Shown here: positions 1-9,965 of the stretch, in pieces
How positions within the stretch are numbered: position 1 is the stretch's first letter
Layout of the letters: every line of letters starts with the position of its first letter
DNA from: an uncultured cyanobacterium
GTDB taxonomy: Bacteria; Cyanobacteriota; Cyanobacteriia; Cyanobacteriales; CAWCAG01
Assembly: GCA_963803805.1 (NCBI GenBank)
Contig: CAWDOD010000002.1
Coordinates: 800,001-864,000, forward strand
Direction of reading: 5' to 3'
Length of the DNA: 64,000 nucleotides
The notes under the pieces: model-generated
Database searches by the model: none
What the model was told of the DNA's origin: nothing
The model's input: only the letters and a program-made list of their open reading frames with translations
Program-made: the position numbers and the translations under genes

Positions 1-390
1 CAAGGTTGTACAGCCAGTATTTTGCCAGTTTATAGCAAGTTCTTCTACGACAAATGGGCTAAAGGAACAGTACCCATCGCCCCTCCCTTTATCAAAGATA
101 GTTTCTGGTTCTACCGAGAAAATAAGAACCTGGATCAAAAAGAGGTGGTTAAAGCAGTCGCAACCATTCAAAAATGGATTGATACAGGGATTTCTATGGA
201 ATTACTCTTTAACCTCAACAAAGGAGTTTACTTCCCCGAAGAACCAGAACGTTGTCTTAAAGCCAAAGATATCCTAGAAACCTTAATCATGGCTTGGGAA
301 GAAGGATGTAAAGCCGTTTATTATATCCGCACCGTACAAAAAGATGATTTTAAAGAAAAGGGAGACAGTTGTGTTTCATGTGCTAACTAA
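1..390 (+). CDS. nrdA: Ribonucleotide reductase class I alpha subunit, C-terminal part (truncated by window start)
   Basis: QKWIDTGISM, KAVYYIRT (YY radical-transfer pair), C-terminal CVSC redox pair; directly upstream of the beta subunit. Confidence 0.93.
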   Translation, partial: QGCTASILPVYSKFFYDKWAKGTVPIAPPFIKDSFWFYRENKNLDQKEVVKAVATIQKWIDTGISMELLFNLNKGVYFPEEPERCLKAKDILETLIMAWEEGCKAVYYIRTVQKDDFKEKGDSCVSCAN

Positions 391-444
391 TACTGCACTA
401 ACTAGTTGACTACCTACTCCCCATTAAGATTAAGATTAACCTCA

Positions 445-1497
445 ATGCAAACTAAAATTTCCATGAAAAGTAACCCCATCTTCAACCCTGATGGGGATGA
501 TCGCCCCGAAACTCGTTCCATTTGGTTTGGTAATACCACAAACCTCATGCAACTTAACGATGTCCGTTATCCCTGGGCTGTTGGTTTGTACCAACAAATG
601 CGAGAAAACTTCTGGGTTCCCCAAAAATTGGACTTAACCCAAGATGTCACCGATTATTGGAACTTAACCCCAGAAGAACGCTATGCCTTCGACGGCATTC
701 TTTCCTACTTAACCTTCTTAGACTCTGTACAGACTTGTAATATTCCCCACATCAAAAGTAGTGTTACTGCCCCAGAAGTTAGCCTTTGCATGGCAGAACA
801 AATTTCCCAAGAAGGAATGCACAACCAAAGTTATCAATATATCATCGAAACCGTCATTCCTAGTGAACGGAGGAATGCTGTTTATGAGTTTTGGCGTACT
901 GATAAGGTGCTGCGAGACAGGTGCGAATTTGTCGCCGGGCTTTATCAACAATATGTCGATAATCCCACACCAGAAAGCTACTTTGTTTCCTTACTCGCAG
1001 ACTTTTTATTAGAAGGGCTTTATTTCTACAACGGCTTCATCTATTTCTATAACCTTGCTTCTAGGATGTTAATGCCGGGGAGTGCAGACATTTTTAAAAT
1101 GATTAACCGTGATGAGTTAAGTCACGTTCGCTTGTTTCAAAAACTCATCCCTGAAGCAATGCAAGTATTTCCCCATTCCCTTGAACAAGTCTATGCTATG
1201 GTGGATGCTGCTGTAGAACATGAATGCCGTTGGACGGGGCATATTGTTGGTAACAACATTTTGGGCATCACAGAAGCTAGCACAGAACAATATACCAAAT
1301 ACTTAGCTAATATGCGACTGCGTAGCATTGGCTTAAAGCCTTTGTATCCAGAAGAAAAATACAAAAAGAGTCCCTACGCTCACTTAGAACGCTTTTCCGA
1401 TACTAAAAAAGAGGGGCATACCAAAGCAAACTTCTTTGAAGCGGGAGTTACCAGCTATGTTATGTCTTCTGGAGTCGGTGGTTGGGATGAAATTTAA
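445..1497 (+). CDS. nrdB: Ribonucleotide reductase class I beta subunit
   Basis: ENFWVP, FLDSVQ, EGMHNQSY (radical Tyr), LEGLYFY, RDELSH ligands, NFFE tail; start taken at ATG 445 (463 possible). Confidence 0.93.
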   Translation: MQTKISMKSNPIFNPDGDDRPETRSIWFGNTTNLMQLNDVRYPWAVGLYQQMRENFWVPQKLDLTQDVTDYWNLTPEERYAFDGILSYLTFLDSVQTCNIPHIKSSVTAPEVSLCMAEQISQEGMHNQSYQYIIETVIPSERRNAVYEFWRTDKVLRDRCEFVAGLYQQYVDNPTPESYFVSLLADFLLEGLYFYNGFIYFYNLASRMLMPGSADIFKMINRDELSHVRLFQKLIPEAMQVFPHSLEQVYAMVDAAVEHECRWTGHIVGNNILGITEASTEQYTKYLANMRLRSIGLKPLYPEEKYKKSPYAHLERFSDTKKEGHTKANFFEAGVTSYVMSSGVGGWDEI

Positions 1498-1791
1498 TTA
1501 AAAATTCTCAACTCCCACTTCTGTTTTGTTAACTAACCTAGGGATAGACAGTATAACTCCGTTGCAAAAAGCAACATTGCTTTATCCTTTGATATGAGTT
1601 ATCCATGACATTTGGCTTAAGCATCAAAAGCTTTGCAGGTTAAGGGTTGCAGCTTGCAGGTTGTAGGTTGCATATTTCTTCAACACTGCTGATTAGAAAA
1701 TTATTTTCCACAGAACACTAGCTGTTAGTACCAGAGATAGCGTATCTTAGGGTATTATCTCGCAGCTTTGTATTTTTGAACGTCTTACATT

Positions 1792-2481
1792 ATGTCCAAA
1801 TCTCTTGAATCTTCTGTCATTCCCCCTCAAGTTCAACAACTCTTTGCTCAAGTCTATGCAGAAATGCTTTCCTCGGTGCAAGGTGAAGCAACATCAGAAC
1901 AAGTTGAGCAACTCCAAACTGAGTTAGAAGCAGTAAAAGCTGAACTCAAGGGTATTCTCTTCGCTTTCGGCGAGTCACAAAAGCAAGTAATGGCTATAGC
2001 TCAGGAAAATGAACGGCTCAAACACGGAGGGGAACTGACGCAAGAGCAAGGCGAAAGCAGCGCTACTACTAAGACAACCCTAGCTGGACAAACCTTCTAT
2101 ATACCTTTGCCCGTAGCCGATGCTCTCCAAGCTGAACGGGTGAGTATGCAAGCGGAAATTGCTACTTTAAAAGCGCAGCAAGAGCAGCCAAAAGGCAAGA
2201 CAAACAAACCTAAGCCTAACCCTAAAAAAGCTTCTACTCAACCAACTAAGTCTAAAACAGAAACGAAACCTTCTCCTTCAATTGCTGATCAAGAAGGTTG
2301 GGATGTTGGGACTAAGAAAATGCAAACTGACTTAACCAAAACAAAAATCCTGACTAGAAGTCAAACTGACAAGGTAAAAAAAGCTGGGGCGAAAGTTACT
2401 GGCAAAGATGGTTCTGTTTGGGAATTCACTGGCAGAAACCGCGCTCGTAACAATGCGAAGATTTATGAACGTATAGGTTAG
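1792..2481 (+). CDS. Hypothetical protein: coiled coil, Lys/Pro linker, basic C-terminal domain
   Basis: 229-aa ATG ORF with heptad-like helices, followed by a strong hairpin. Confidence 0.7.
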   Translation: MSKSLESSVIPPQVQQLFAQVYAEMLSSVQGEATSEQVEQLQTELEAVKAELKGILFAFGESQKQVMAIAQENERLKHGGELTQEQGESSATTKTTLAGQTFYIPLPVADALQAERVSMQAEIATLKAQQEQPKGKTNKPKPNPKKASTQPTKSKTETKPSPSIADQEGWDVGTKKMQTDLTKTKILTRSQTDKVKKAGAKVTGKDGSVWEFTGRNRARNNAKIYERIG

Positions 2482-2515
2482 GGGGTAATAGGTTTAGCGA
2501 TTAAAATTTCTCAGC

Positions 2516-2553
2516 TTAAAAAATGAGACTCTTATAAGAGTCTCATTTTTTAA
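2516..2553. terminator. Perfect 38-bp palindrome, probable bidirectional terminator
   Basis: TTAAAAAATGAGACTCTTA|TAAGAGTCTCATTTTTTAA, A6/T6 tails, 35 bp after the stop at 2481. Confidence 0.75.
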
Positions 2554-2786
2554 TAGGGGTAAACTCAATTGGTATTTTTCTACGGATAACTAAAGGGCAA
2601 GAAATTATGCTGATGCTTCAGTTATTATTTATTTTGAGTACTTAGTAGATATTGTGTAAGTAATATTTTTTCTGTGAAGAAATAGAGAATGTATTTGTTT
2701 TTACGGCGGCGACAAATTAAATGGTTTTTTATTAAAAAATACAGAGAAAATATTCTCTCCTTAATTGTGCAATCACCCAAAACTTT

Positions 2787-3548
2787 ATGACATCCCTCCT
2801 CGTTAATACCAGCCCAGCTAATGTTTCCACTCCCCTATTCCAGAAACAAAAGCTTAATCAAATACTCAATGAAGTTGTTTCCCAATACGCCTTAGAAAAT
2901 CATCCTTTTGTTAAACAGTTTGCAGCAGGAAATTTTAGCAAAGATGCTATTCGCAAATTTGCTATGAAAATGCTACCGGGAAGCAATCGCTTCAATCAAG
3001 CATTTTTGAAAGTAACAGCGAAAATGTCCAATTATCGCGCTCGAACAATTATGTTAGAAAATGCTTTCACTGAACATGGAGAGCTAGATCCAGATAAGGC
3101 TCATGTAGCCTTATTTATGCGCTTTATGAGAGGTATTGATTGTCCTCGTGTTGATCTGAATGAGGATGACGGTGCTTTTCGTATCCCCGCCTTACGATTT
3201 AAGAAGTTTGAAGTTTGTGACGATGAGCCAATTGTACGCTCTTTGGGACGCTTTGCTGTTATTGAACAAATTTTACCTGGTATTTTCCCCAACTACATTG
3301 AGGGATTGCGTAAAATTTTCCCCGGCATTGATGACCAAACTATTGAGTATTTCCATATCCATTGTATCCTTGATCCAGAGCATACTGATGAGTTGCTTGA
3401 TGTGGCGCAAATGCACATCGAATCTGAGGATGATGTGATGTTATTTGAGGCAGGAGTGCAAGATATGGCCCTGTCAATTCAAGATATGTTTACTTGGATG
3501 AAGGAAAATTTGGAAGCAGAAGCTAGTACTCTATCGATTAACAATTGA
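2787..3548 (+). CDS. Heme-oxygenase-like diiron enzyme (TenA/PqqC/CADD-like)
   Basis: HPF motif, ENAFTEH...H, central IEQ, YFHIHCILDPEH (HxxxDxxH) ligand pattern. Confidence 0.8.
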   Translation: MTSLLVNTSPANVSTPLFQKQKLNQILNEVVSQYALENHPFVKQFAAGNFSKDAIRKFAMKMLPGSNRFNQAFLKVTAKMSNYRARTIMLENAFTEHGELDPDKAHVALFMRFMRGIDCPRVDLNEDDGAFRIPALRFKKFEVCDDEPIVRSLGRFAVIEQILPGIFPNYIEGLRKIFPGIDDQTIEYFHIHCILDPEHTDELLDVAQMHIESEDDVMLFEAGVQDMALSIQDMFTWMKENLEAEASTLSINN

Positions 3549-3703
3549 TGGATAAGGGAGAAAGCGGGGAAGAGAAAAATCCTCCCTAGTAGTCTTAACG
3601 ACAACGCTTACTAATACCCTATTTCCCTAGTTCCCTAGTCCAAAAAGTAGCTAAGTGTATAAAACTGCACTTGTAAGTCTTCCCCATCAAAGTAGCTTTG
3701 AGC

Positions 3704-4948
3704 TTAAACTGAGGAAGTTAAAGTAACGGGACTAGGGGCTTTTTGTACTGGTAGTTCAACAATAAACTCGGTTCCCTTACCAGGGGTAGAAAAAAAGCGG
3801 AGACGACCACCATGTTTTTCGACTATGATTTGATGGCTAATGGATAATCCTAGTCCTGTTCCTTTACCTACAGGTTTGGTGGTAAAAAAAGGATCAAAGA
3901 TACGGTTGCTAACTTCTTCGCTCATGCCCATACCGTTATCTTTAATAGCAATTCTAATCCAGTTTTCTTCTAGACCAACTGTCTTGATCCAAATTTTACT
4001 AGGATTAGTAGCTAGTTCTGCTGGAGATAGCTGATTGTTGCGCTCTTCTAGAGTGTCTATGGCATTGCTAATAAGATTCATAAATACTTGATTAACTTCC
4101 CCAGGAAAGCATTTAACCAAAGGAAGATTGCTATAATCTTTGATCAGTTCAACAGAGGGAGAACCAAGCTTTGTTTTGAAGCGACTACGTAACAGCAGTA
4201 AAGTATTATCTATACCTTCATGCAAAGAAGCAAATTTATACTCTGCTTGATCAAGACGAGAAAAGTTACGTAGAGAGCTGACAATTTCTCTGATCCGTTC
4301 TGCGCCAATTTGCATTGAACCTAAAAGTCTCGGTAAGTCTAATTTTAGAAATTCAAGGTCGATTTCTTCAATTACTTCTGCAACTTCCGGGGGAGGTTTG
4401 GGATAACAGCGAGAATATACAGTTAATAATCTCAAAATGTCTTGAATATATTCACTAGCGTAGGAAAGGTTGCCATAAATAAAGTTGACTGGATTATTAA
4501 TTTCGTGGGCTACCCCTGCCACTAGTTGACCTAAGCTAGACATTTTTTCTTTGTGAACAGATTGCATCTGCGATCGCTGTACCTGGTACAAATTAATTTC
4601 TGCTTTTTCTTGGGCTGTTTTATGTTCGTCTTTGATACTGAGGATTTGACGCAAGGTTTGGTGGTAAATGTGGATGCTAAAGAAAATGAACCAAGCAGTA
4701 GAGAGAAAAATTATTCCTGTTAAAAGAGGTAATAAGTCCTGCTTTTCTACCAAAACCAAATAAAAAGCGAGAGAATAGCCACAGAGGAAAAAAATGGTTG
4801 CAAAATATAAAACTTGCCAACTCCATTTTTCGCTACCGGAACTATATAGACTGAGAATATTCCTCACTTTGAGAGTTGAGAAGAACATTACTACGGCACC
4901 ACAAAAAATTAACAGGAGAGTAGTACTTTGAGATAGGAAAGATTGCAT
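3704..4948 (-). CDS. Membrane sensor histidine kinase (3 N-terminal TM helices, HisKA, HATPase_c)
   Basis: LVAGVAHEINNP H-box, NQVFMNLISNA, DNGMG, FDPFFTTK, GTGLGL. Confidence 0.95.
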   Translation of the reverse strand: MQSFLSQSTTLLLIFCGAVVMFFSTLKVRNILSLYSSGSEKWSWQVLYFATIFFLCGYSLAFYLVLVEKQDLLPLLTGIIFLSTAWFIFFSIHIYHQTLRQILSIKDEHKTAQEKAEINLYQVQRSQMQSVHKEKMSSLGQLVAGVAHEINNPVNFIYGNLSYASEYIQDILRLLTVYSRCYPKPPPEVAEVIEEIDLEFLKLDLPRLLGSMQIGAERIREIVSSLRNFSRLDQAEYKFASLHEGIDNTLLLLRSRFKTKLGSPSVELIKDYSNLPLVKCFPGEVNQVFMNLISNAIDTLEERNNQLSPAELATNPSKIWIKTVGLEENWIRIAIKDNGMGMSEEVSNRIFDPFFTTKPVGKGTGLGLSISHQIIVEKHGGRLRFFSTPGKGTEFIVELPVQKAPSPVTLTSSV

Positions 4949-5267
4949 ATTTGTCTGGTTTAAAATTACTGAAGAGAAGTCTTCCTCCCCGGCATCAGGT
5001 ACAGGTTAGAAATAAACTCTTCTAGGAGAGAAAATTTAATTACACTAAAAAATAGACAAATTCCGGAAATAACTCCAAGATATAGTTGATTGTACTCAGG
5101 TAGTAACACTTAGCAAAGATTTGCTTATGAAAGCTTGGATTTAGTATGCCATTACTATAACGAAGTGCTAAAAAATGATGTTGGCAGAAAAATAGCTCTT
5201 CAACTGGCACACTAAGTATTGACAAGGGAGAAAATTGCTTTCAATTTTTAAAGAAATTGAAAGATTG

Positions 5268-5957
5268 CTAGACATAAACCTCTAGCAAGCCTTCAAACAA
5301 ACCTCTTCCCTCTATAGTTCCAAGAAGAGGATCGGAGGCTCTTTCTGGATGAGGCATCATACCTAAAATGTTGCCTTGTTCATTGGTGATCCCCGCGATA
5401 TTGTTTACCGAACCGTTAGGGTTGCTGGTTTCATTGATTTCCCCATTACTATGACAATAACGGAAGATTACTTGACCTTGATCTTCTATAGCTTTGAGGG
5501 TATCAGTATCAGCGTAGTAACGCCCTTCGCCATGGGCAATGGGTAAGCTAATGATTTGCTCACAAGAGTAGGCTTGAGTCCAATTTAAGTTGCTTCTTTC
5601 TACTTTAAGGGGAACGCGATCGCAGATGAAGTGTAAGTCTCGGTTACGGATTAATGCCCCAGGTAATAACCCTACTTCCGTTAAAATTTGGAAACCGTTA
5701 CAAATTCCTAAGATGTATTTACCCTGTTGAGCATGAGCCAGTACGCTTTTCATGACAGGAGAAAAACGAGCGATCGCACCACAACGCAAGTAATCTCCAT
5801 AGCTAAAACCACCAGGGATAATTATGACATCTAGTTCCGTTAGATCTGTTTCTTGATGCCAAACCATGCGGGTTGGCTGTCCTAATAACCCTTTGGTTAC
5901 TGTTTCTACGTCGCGATCGCAGTTTGAACCAGGAAAAACTATAATACCAAATTTCAT
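5268..5957 (-). CDS. purQ: FGAM synthase glutaminase subunit
   Basis: [32 protein letters not shown]. Confidence 0.97.
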   Translation of the reverse strand: MKFGIIVFPGSNCDRDVETVTKGLLGQPTRMVWHQETDLTELDVIIIPGGFSYGDYLRCGAIARFSPVMKSVLAHAQQGKYILGICNGFQILTEVGLLPGALIRNRDLHFICDRVPLKVERSNLNWTQAYSCEQIISLPIAHGEGRYYADTDTLKAIEDQGQVIFRYCHSNGEINETSNPNGSVNNIAGITNEQGNILGMMPHPERASDPLLGTIEGRGLFEGLLEVYV

Positions 5958-5962
5958 AATGA

Positions 5963-6232
5963 TTAACCGCTAACAACCAATTTCATTAACTCAAAGCGAT
6001 AATTTTCAATCACTGTATTTGCTAAGAGGCGATCGCAAATTTGTGCCAATTGTTCTTCTGCTTGTTGCTGATTAGCCGCAGTTATAATCAACTCTATATA
6101 CTTACCAATTCTAACTTGTTCTACTCCTTGATAACCTAACTGTTCTATACCAGATTGTACTGCTGTACCAGCCGGATCTAGTACTGAAGGTCTAAGAGTT
6201 ATGTAAATGCGAGCCTGATATTTTTCCATCAT
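5963..6232 (-). CDS. purS: FGAM synthase subunit PurS
   Basis: [21 protein letters not shown]; adjacent to purQ. Confidence 0.95.
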   Translation of the reverse strand: MMEKYQARIYITLRPSVLDPAGTAVQSGIEQLGYQGVEQVRIGKYIELIITAANQQQAEEQLAQICDRLLANTVIENYRFELMKLVVSG

Positions 6233-6248
6233 AAGTCTGGTGATTAAA

Positions 6249-6704
6249 TTAACGTACTAAATAAGTTTTCCAAATCGGCTTAGTTTCTCCTGCTTCTCCT
6301 TTCTCTAATACTCGTTTCAATAAGCGCCAAGTTTTTCCTTCCCTTTGTAATTGTAAGTAAAGATCGAAATTATCTTTATCTTGCTCAACTTTTTTATTAT
6401 CTAACTTTATTTTCAGGTTGTAGGTTCCTTTAAGATGGTAAGTCGCTAGGTTGTTGACGTAAAGGGGTTTTAAGTCCTTGATGCTGATTTTGCCAATTTC
6501 CCAGGCAGAAGAAGAGGTTTTAAGCTTCTCTCCAAGCTGTTTTTGAGCTAAACTCACTTGCAATTCTACAGCTTGTTTAACCAAGTTTTTACTTGGTGCT
6601 AAAGTTAAAGGAGGAGTAAGACCAGCACAGGAGGTTAATAATAATATTATTAATAGTAAAGTGACAATTTTTTGATAGCAATTAGTTTTCATTAATTTCT
6701 TCAA
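6249..6704 (-). CDS. Hypothetical lipoprotein
   Basis: Hydrophobic signal with LLTSC lipobox; start uncertain. Confidence 0.75.
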   Translation of the reverse strand: MKKLMKTNCYQKIVTLLLIILLLTSCAGLTPPLTLAPSKNLVKQAVELQVSLAQKQLGEKLKTSSSAWEIGKISIKDLKPLYVNNLATYHLKGTYNLKIKLDNKKVEQDKDNFDLYLQLQREGKTWRLLKRVLEKGEAGETKPIWKTYLVR

Positions 6705-6726
6705 TTAATAATGATTATAAAATATA

Positions 6727-7026
6727 TATAGCAATTCTACGACTTGTGAGGTATGGCATAGATTCTGATTTTTGCTAATAGCTAGTGGCTAGTAGTTGGT
6801 GTAAATATGGAAATAGACCAAATGTACCTCATGAATTTGAGAACCGCTATAGTAATTTAGTAATTCTCGTAGTTGTGAGGTTCGAGGTTCTTGATTTGAG
6901 GGAATAGGGTTGGCGTAGCGTTGCCGTAAGGATATAGCCACTCTTTCAATAGGCAACAGAGGTAGAGATTTTTCTGGTCAGGAAAAACGATGCTATAGCT
7001 TTATGAATTATTTGGGAAACGCTATA
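6727..7026. mobile_element. Cluster of MITE-like elements with TATAGC...GCTATA ends
   Basis: 6727 TATAGCAATTCTACGACTTGTGAGGTA is an imperfect inverted repeat of TACCTCATGAATTTGAGAACCGCTATA ending 6851; second left-end-like copy at 6858-6880; another GCTATA end at 7026. Confidence 0.6.
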
Positions 7027-7241
7027 TGCTCTTTAGGTAACTTGCTATACTAGCTCAGAAATTGTTAAAAGTTGAAAGAAAAGAACTAAAAACCGGGAAT
7101 TATTGAAATTAGCATAGCCATCTTAAATTAATAGTACTAGTCCTGGTTTCTAGGAACTTCAGACCATAACCATTGTAAACCCCGTAACTCAAATCAGTGG
7201 TTTTTAGTCTAATCACCTAAGTCCTAACTTATTTCTTAATT

Positions 7242-8846
7242 ATGCAACCTCCCATACCACCACAAACCGTTTTAAGACAACAGTATAAAATCAAGAAAAC
7301 CATTGGTAAAGGTGGTTTTGGTAGAACTTACTTAGTAGAAGACTTAACTCGCTTTAGCGAAGTTTGTGTTCTAAAAGAATATTATCCCGCCAACCAAAAA
7401 AATACTTCTATTTTAAAAAAATCTAAAGAACTTTTTCAAAGAGAAGCCCAGGTTCTTTATAAAATTGACCATCCACAAATCCCCAAATTTAGAGCTGCTT
7501 TTGTAGCTGGAGGGCGCTTATTTTTGGTACAAGATTATGTAGCAGGAAAAACCTATAGTAAGTTACTAGAAGAACGTCAAATTCAAGGAGAAACTTTTAC
7601 TCAAACTGAAATAGTTAAGTTTTTCCAAGCAATGTTACCAGTTTTAGAACATATTCATAAGCAAGGGCTGATTCACCGTGATATTTCCCCTGATAATATT
7701 ATTCACAGAGAAAAAGATGACCTACCTGTATTAATTGATTTTGGGGTAGTGAAAGAAAAAGTAGCTCAGTTAGAAGAAGAAACTGCTGTTCAAGGAACTA
7801 CAGTGGGTAAAGTTGGTTACTCTCCTAATGAACAGCTACAAACAGGCAAAGTATTTCCTAGCAGCGACATTTATGCTTTAGCCGTAACGGGAGTAGTTCT
7901 TTTAACTGGGAAAGAACCCCAGGAATTATTCGACCAAAATACCATGACTTGGCGCTGGCAGCAGTGGATACCTACCCTTAATGTCCACTTAGCGGGGATT
8001 TTCAACCGGATGATGAGTCCCCGCCCTAATAGTCGTTACCAATCAGCCACAGAAGTTTCTCAAGCTTTACGTTCCATAGCTGATTTGGTTACTGACACAG
8101 CCTCTCCACACCAAGCTGAAACTTTAATACCTACAGGGGCAAATTTTGAAACTTTGATTCCTACAAAGGCAAATACCGAACTTAGCAATTCTTCTTCTGG
8201 AAGTCAGGTAACGTCTTTAGCAAAGGGAAGCATAAAAACTTACCAACGAAACAATAACTACCCTCAAAGAAAGAGTTCAAATCGTCATAGTAATAGCCCC
8301 TTAGCTATTTTACTGATTGGAGGTAGCATCCTGAGTGTTCTTATTGTTGCTTTTGCAGTGATGATTAAATCTTTAGTTTCTTCTCCGGGAGAAGTCGTTT
8401 CTCAACAACCGTTGACTAGTGTACAAACGGCCCCACCACCACCTCCACAAAGATTCCCTCCACCTCCAAGAAGGCCAGGTGATCCTAACTTCGGTGTTGC
8501 TTCAGAAATTCCTCCTCAAACAACTAAACGGATGAGAAGAGAAAATCTCTCTTTACAAGAGAATGAAAATGTCATCCAATCAGGTAGTTTAGAAAAGGAT
8601 ATGGGAATTTCTTACAAAGTTTCTTTGTCAGAAGGGCAGCGCTTAAACTTCGCTATCATTCGCGGAGAAGTGACAGTTTCTCTATTAGGAATCAATCAAC
8701 AACCTGTAAATTCTAGAGCAATTAATACTCGTTTGTGGCAAGGAACAGTTCCTAAAGATGGAACATATCTTATTGAAGTTAATCTCGTTAATGGTGTTGC
8801 TGCAAGCGAATATGATTTGGAGGTAAGCTTAGAAGCCGGATTTTAA
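7242..8846 (+). CDS. Ser/Thr protein kinase (Pkn2-type) with TM helix and C-terminal extracytoplasmic domain
   Basis: GKGGFG, VLKE, HRDISPDN, DFG; TM LAILLIGGSILSVLIVAFAV; Pro-rich linker. Confidence 0.95.
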   Translation: MQPPIPPQTVLRQQYKIKKTIGKGGFGRTYLVEDLTRFSEVCVLKEYYPANQKNTSILKKSKELFQREAQVLYKIDHPQIPKFRAAFVAGGRLFLVQDYVAGKTYSKLLEERQIQGETFTQTEIVKFFQAMLPVLEHIHKQGLIHRDISPDNIIHREKDDLPVLIDFGVVKEKVAQLEEETAVQGTTVGKVGYSPNEQLQTGKVFPSSDIYALAVTGVVLLTGKEPQELFDQNTMTWRWQQWIPTLNVHLAGIFNRMMSPRPNSRYQSATEVSQALRSIADLVTDTASPHQAETLIPTGANFETLIPTKANTELSNSSSGSQVTSLAKGSIKTYQRNNNYPQRKSSNRHSNSPLAILLIGGSILSVLIVAFAVMIKSLVSSPGEVVSQQPLTSVQTAPPPPPQRFPPPPRRPGDPNFGVASEIPPQTTKRMRRENLSLQENENVIQSGSLEKDMGISYKVSLSEGQRLNFAIIRGEVTVSLLGINQQPVNSRAINTRLWQGTVPKDGTYLIEVNLVNGVAASEYDLEVSLEAGF

Positions 8847-8955
8847 TTGAATTTTGCTAATAGTCTAGTTGCTAATGGCTAATGGCTAATGGCTAATTGC
8901 TATAAGTATTTTTAGAAAATATAAGATCCCCAAGAAATTTTTAACTTATTACTGA

Positions 8956-9726
8956 TTACTTAACCTTAACTGCTGTACGCAAAATTTGTCCGGCTAAAAT
9001 AGCAGCCCCAAAACCATTATCAATATTAACCACACCAATACCAGTGGCGCAGGAATTAAGCATAGTTAACAAAGGTGTAACACCTCCAAAACTTGTGCCG
9101 TAACCGATGCTGGTGGGAACAGCTACTACCGGGCAATCTGCCATGCCAGCTACAACACTAGGCAACGCACCTTCCATTCCCGCTACAACAATTAAGACAT
9201 CAGCATCCTCAATGAGTTGACGATGACTAAGTAAGCGTTGAATACCTGCCACTCCCACATCCCACAACCGCTTAACCTCAAAGCCAGAAAATTCAGCAGT
9301 AAGGGCTGCTTCTTCTGCCACAGGTAAATCTGCTGTTCCCGCAGTAAGGATAGTCACAACTCCAGGCTTTTTTACAGAGGCATCTAGGGTTCCCAAAGTA
9401 CAAATCCGTGCTAAGGGATGATATTGCACTCCGGCAACTTGCTTTTCAATTTCTTCATATACCTTTGGTTCAATGCGCGTTGCCATTACCACAGGATTTG
9501 TTTGCGCCATGGTAGCCATAATTTGAGCAATTTGACTAGGAGTTTTTCCTAAACCCCAAATAACTTCAGGAAATCCGGTTCTAAGCTGACGATGATGGTC
9601 AATTTTAGCAAAATCATCAACTGGTTCAAAGGCTAAATGTTTAAGCTTATCAAGAGCAATTTCTGGAGAAAGTTGTCCCGTCGCTACTGCTTCAAGGAGA
9701 TATTTCAAGTTATTAGATTGATACAT
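8956..9726 (-). CDS. larB: LarB/CpmA (PurE-like) protein
   Basis: DHHRQLRTGFPEV, AGTADLPVAEEA, VAGMEGALPS, VNIDNGFGAA; start at ATG 9726. Confidence 0.92.
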   Translation of the reverse strand: MYQSNNLKYLLEAVATGQLSPEIALDKLKHLAFEPVDDFAKIDHHRQLRTGFPEVIWGLGKTPSQIAQIMATMAQTNPVVMATRIEPKVYEEIEKQVAGVQYHPLARICTLGTLDASVKKPGVVTILTAGTADLPVAEEAALTAEFSGFEVKRLWDVGVAGIQRLLSHRQLIEDADVLIVVAGMEGALPSVVAGMADCPVVAVPTSIGYGTSFGGVTPLLTMLNSCATGIGVVNIDNGFGAAILAGQILRTAVKVK

Positions 9727-9727
9727 A

Positions 9728-9760
9728 TCAGTTGTCAATGATCAGTTATCAGTTATCAAT
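9728..9760. repeat. Heptamer tandem repeats (STRR-like, TCAGTTA/TCAATGA); related arrays at 12088-12130, 28732-28778 and 58303-58328
   Basis: Visible 7-bp periodicity at four loci; other heptamer families at 8867-8901 (GCTAATG), 42114-42139 and 25570-25590. Confidence 0.8.
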
Positions 9761-9965
9761 TATATGTTTTGTAGGTAGGTTTATTGAGATTTATGGCAAG
9801 GGTTAATATCATAATTAAACCTTGCATCTACTGGTTGTTAATTATTAGCAATTAACGGAATGCACATCTTCAAATAATGACATCTAGTTTTCATCCCAAC
9901 CAAATTGGCAGTCTATTTTAATAGACTTTATATATTAGCCAGTAACTTAAGTTCCTGGCGAGCTA

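Noticed and set aside
1-4569. HIP1-free stretch as evidence of foreign origin
   Set aside because: A similar gap (about 6040-11700) spans ordinary genes, so absence alone is weak evidence
5040-5225. 61-aa ORF between the kinase and purQ
   Set aside because: TTG start, no motif, AT-rich promoter-like DNA
8118-8175. 30-bp duplication in the kinase linker (ETLIPTxAN twice)
   Set aside because: Real, but typical of Thr-containing juxtamembrane linkers in these kinases
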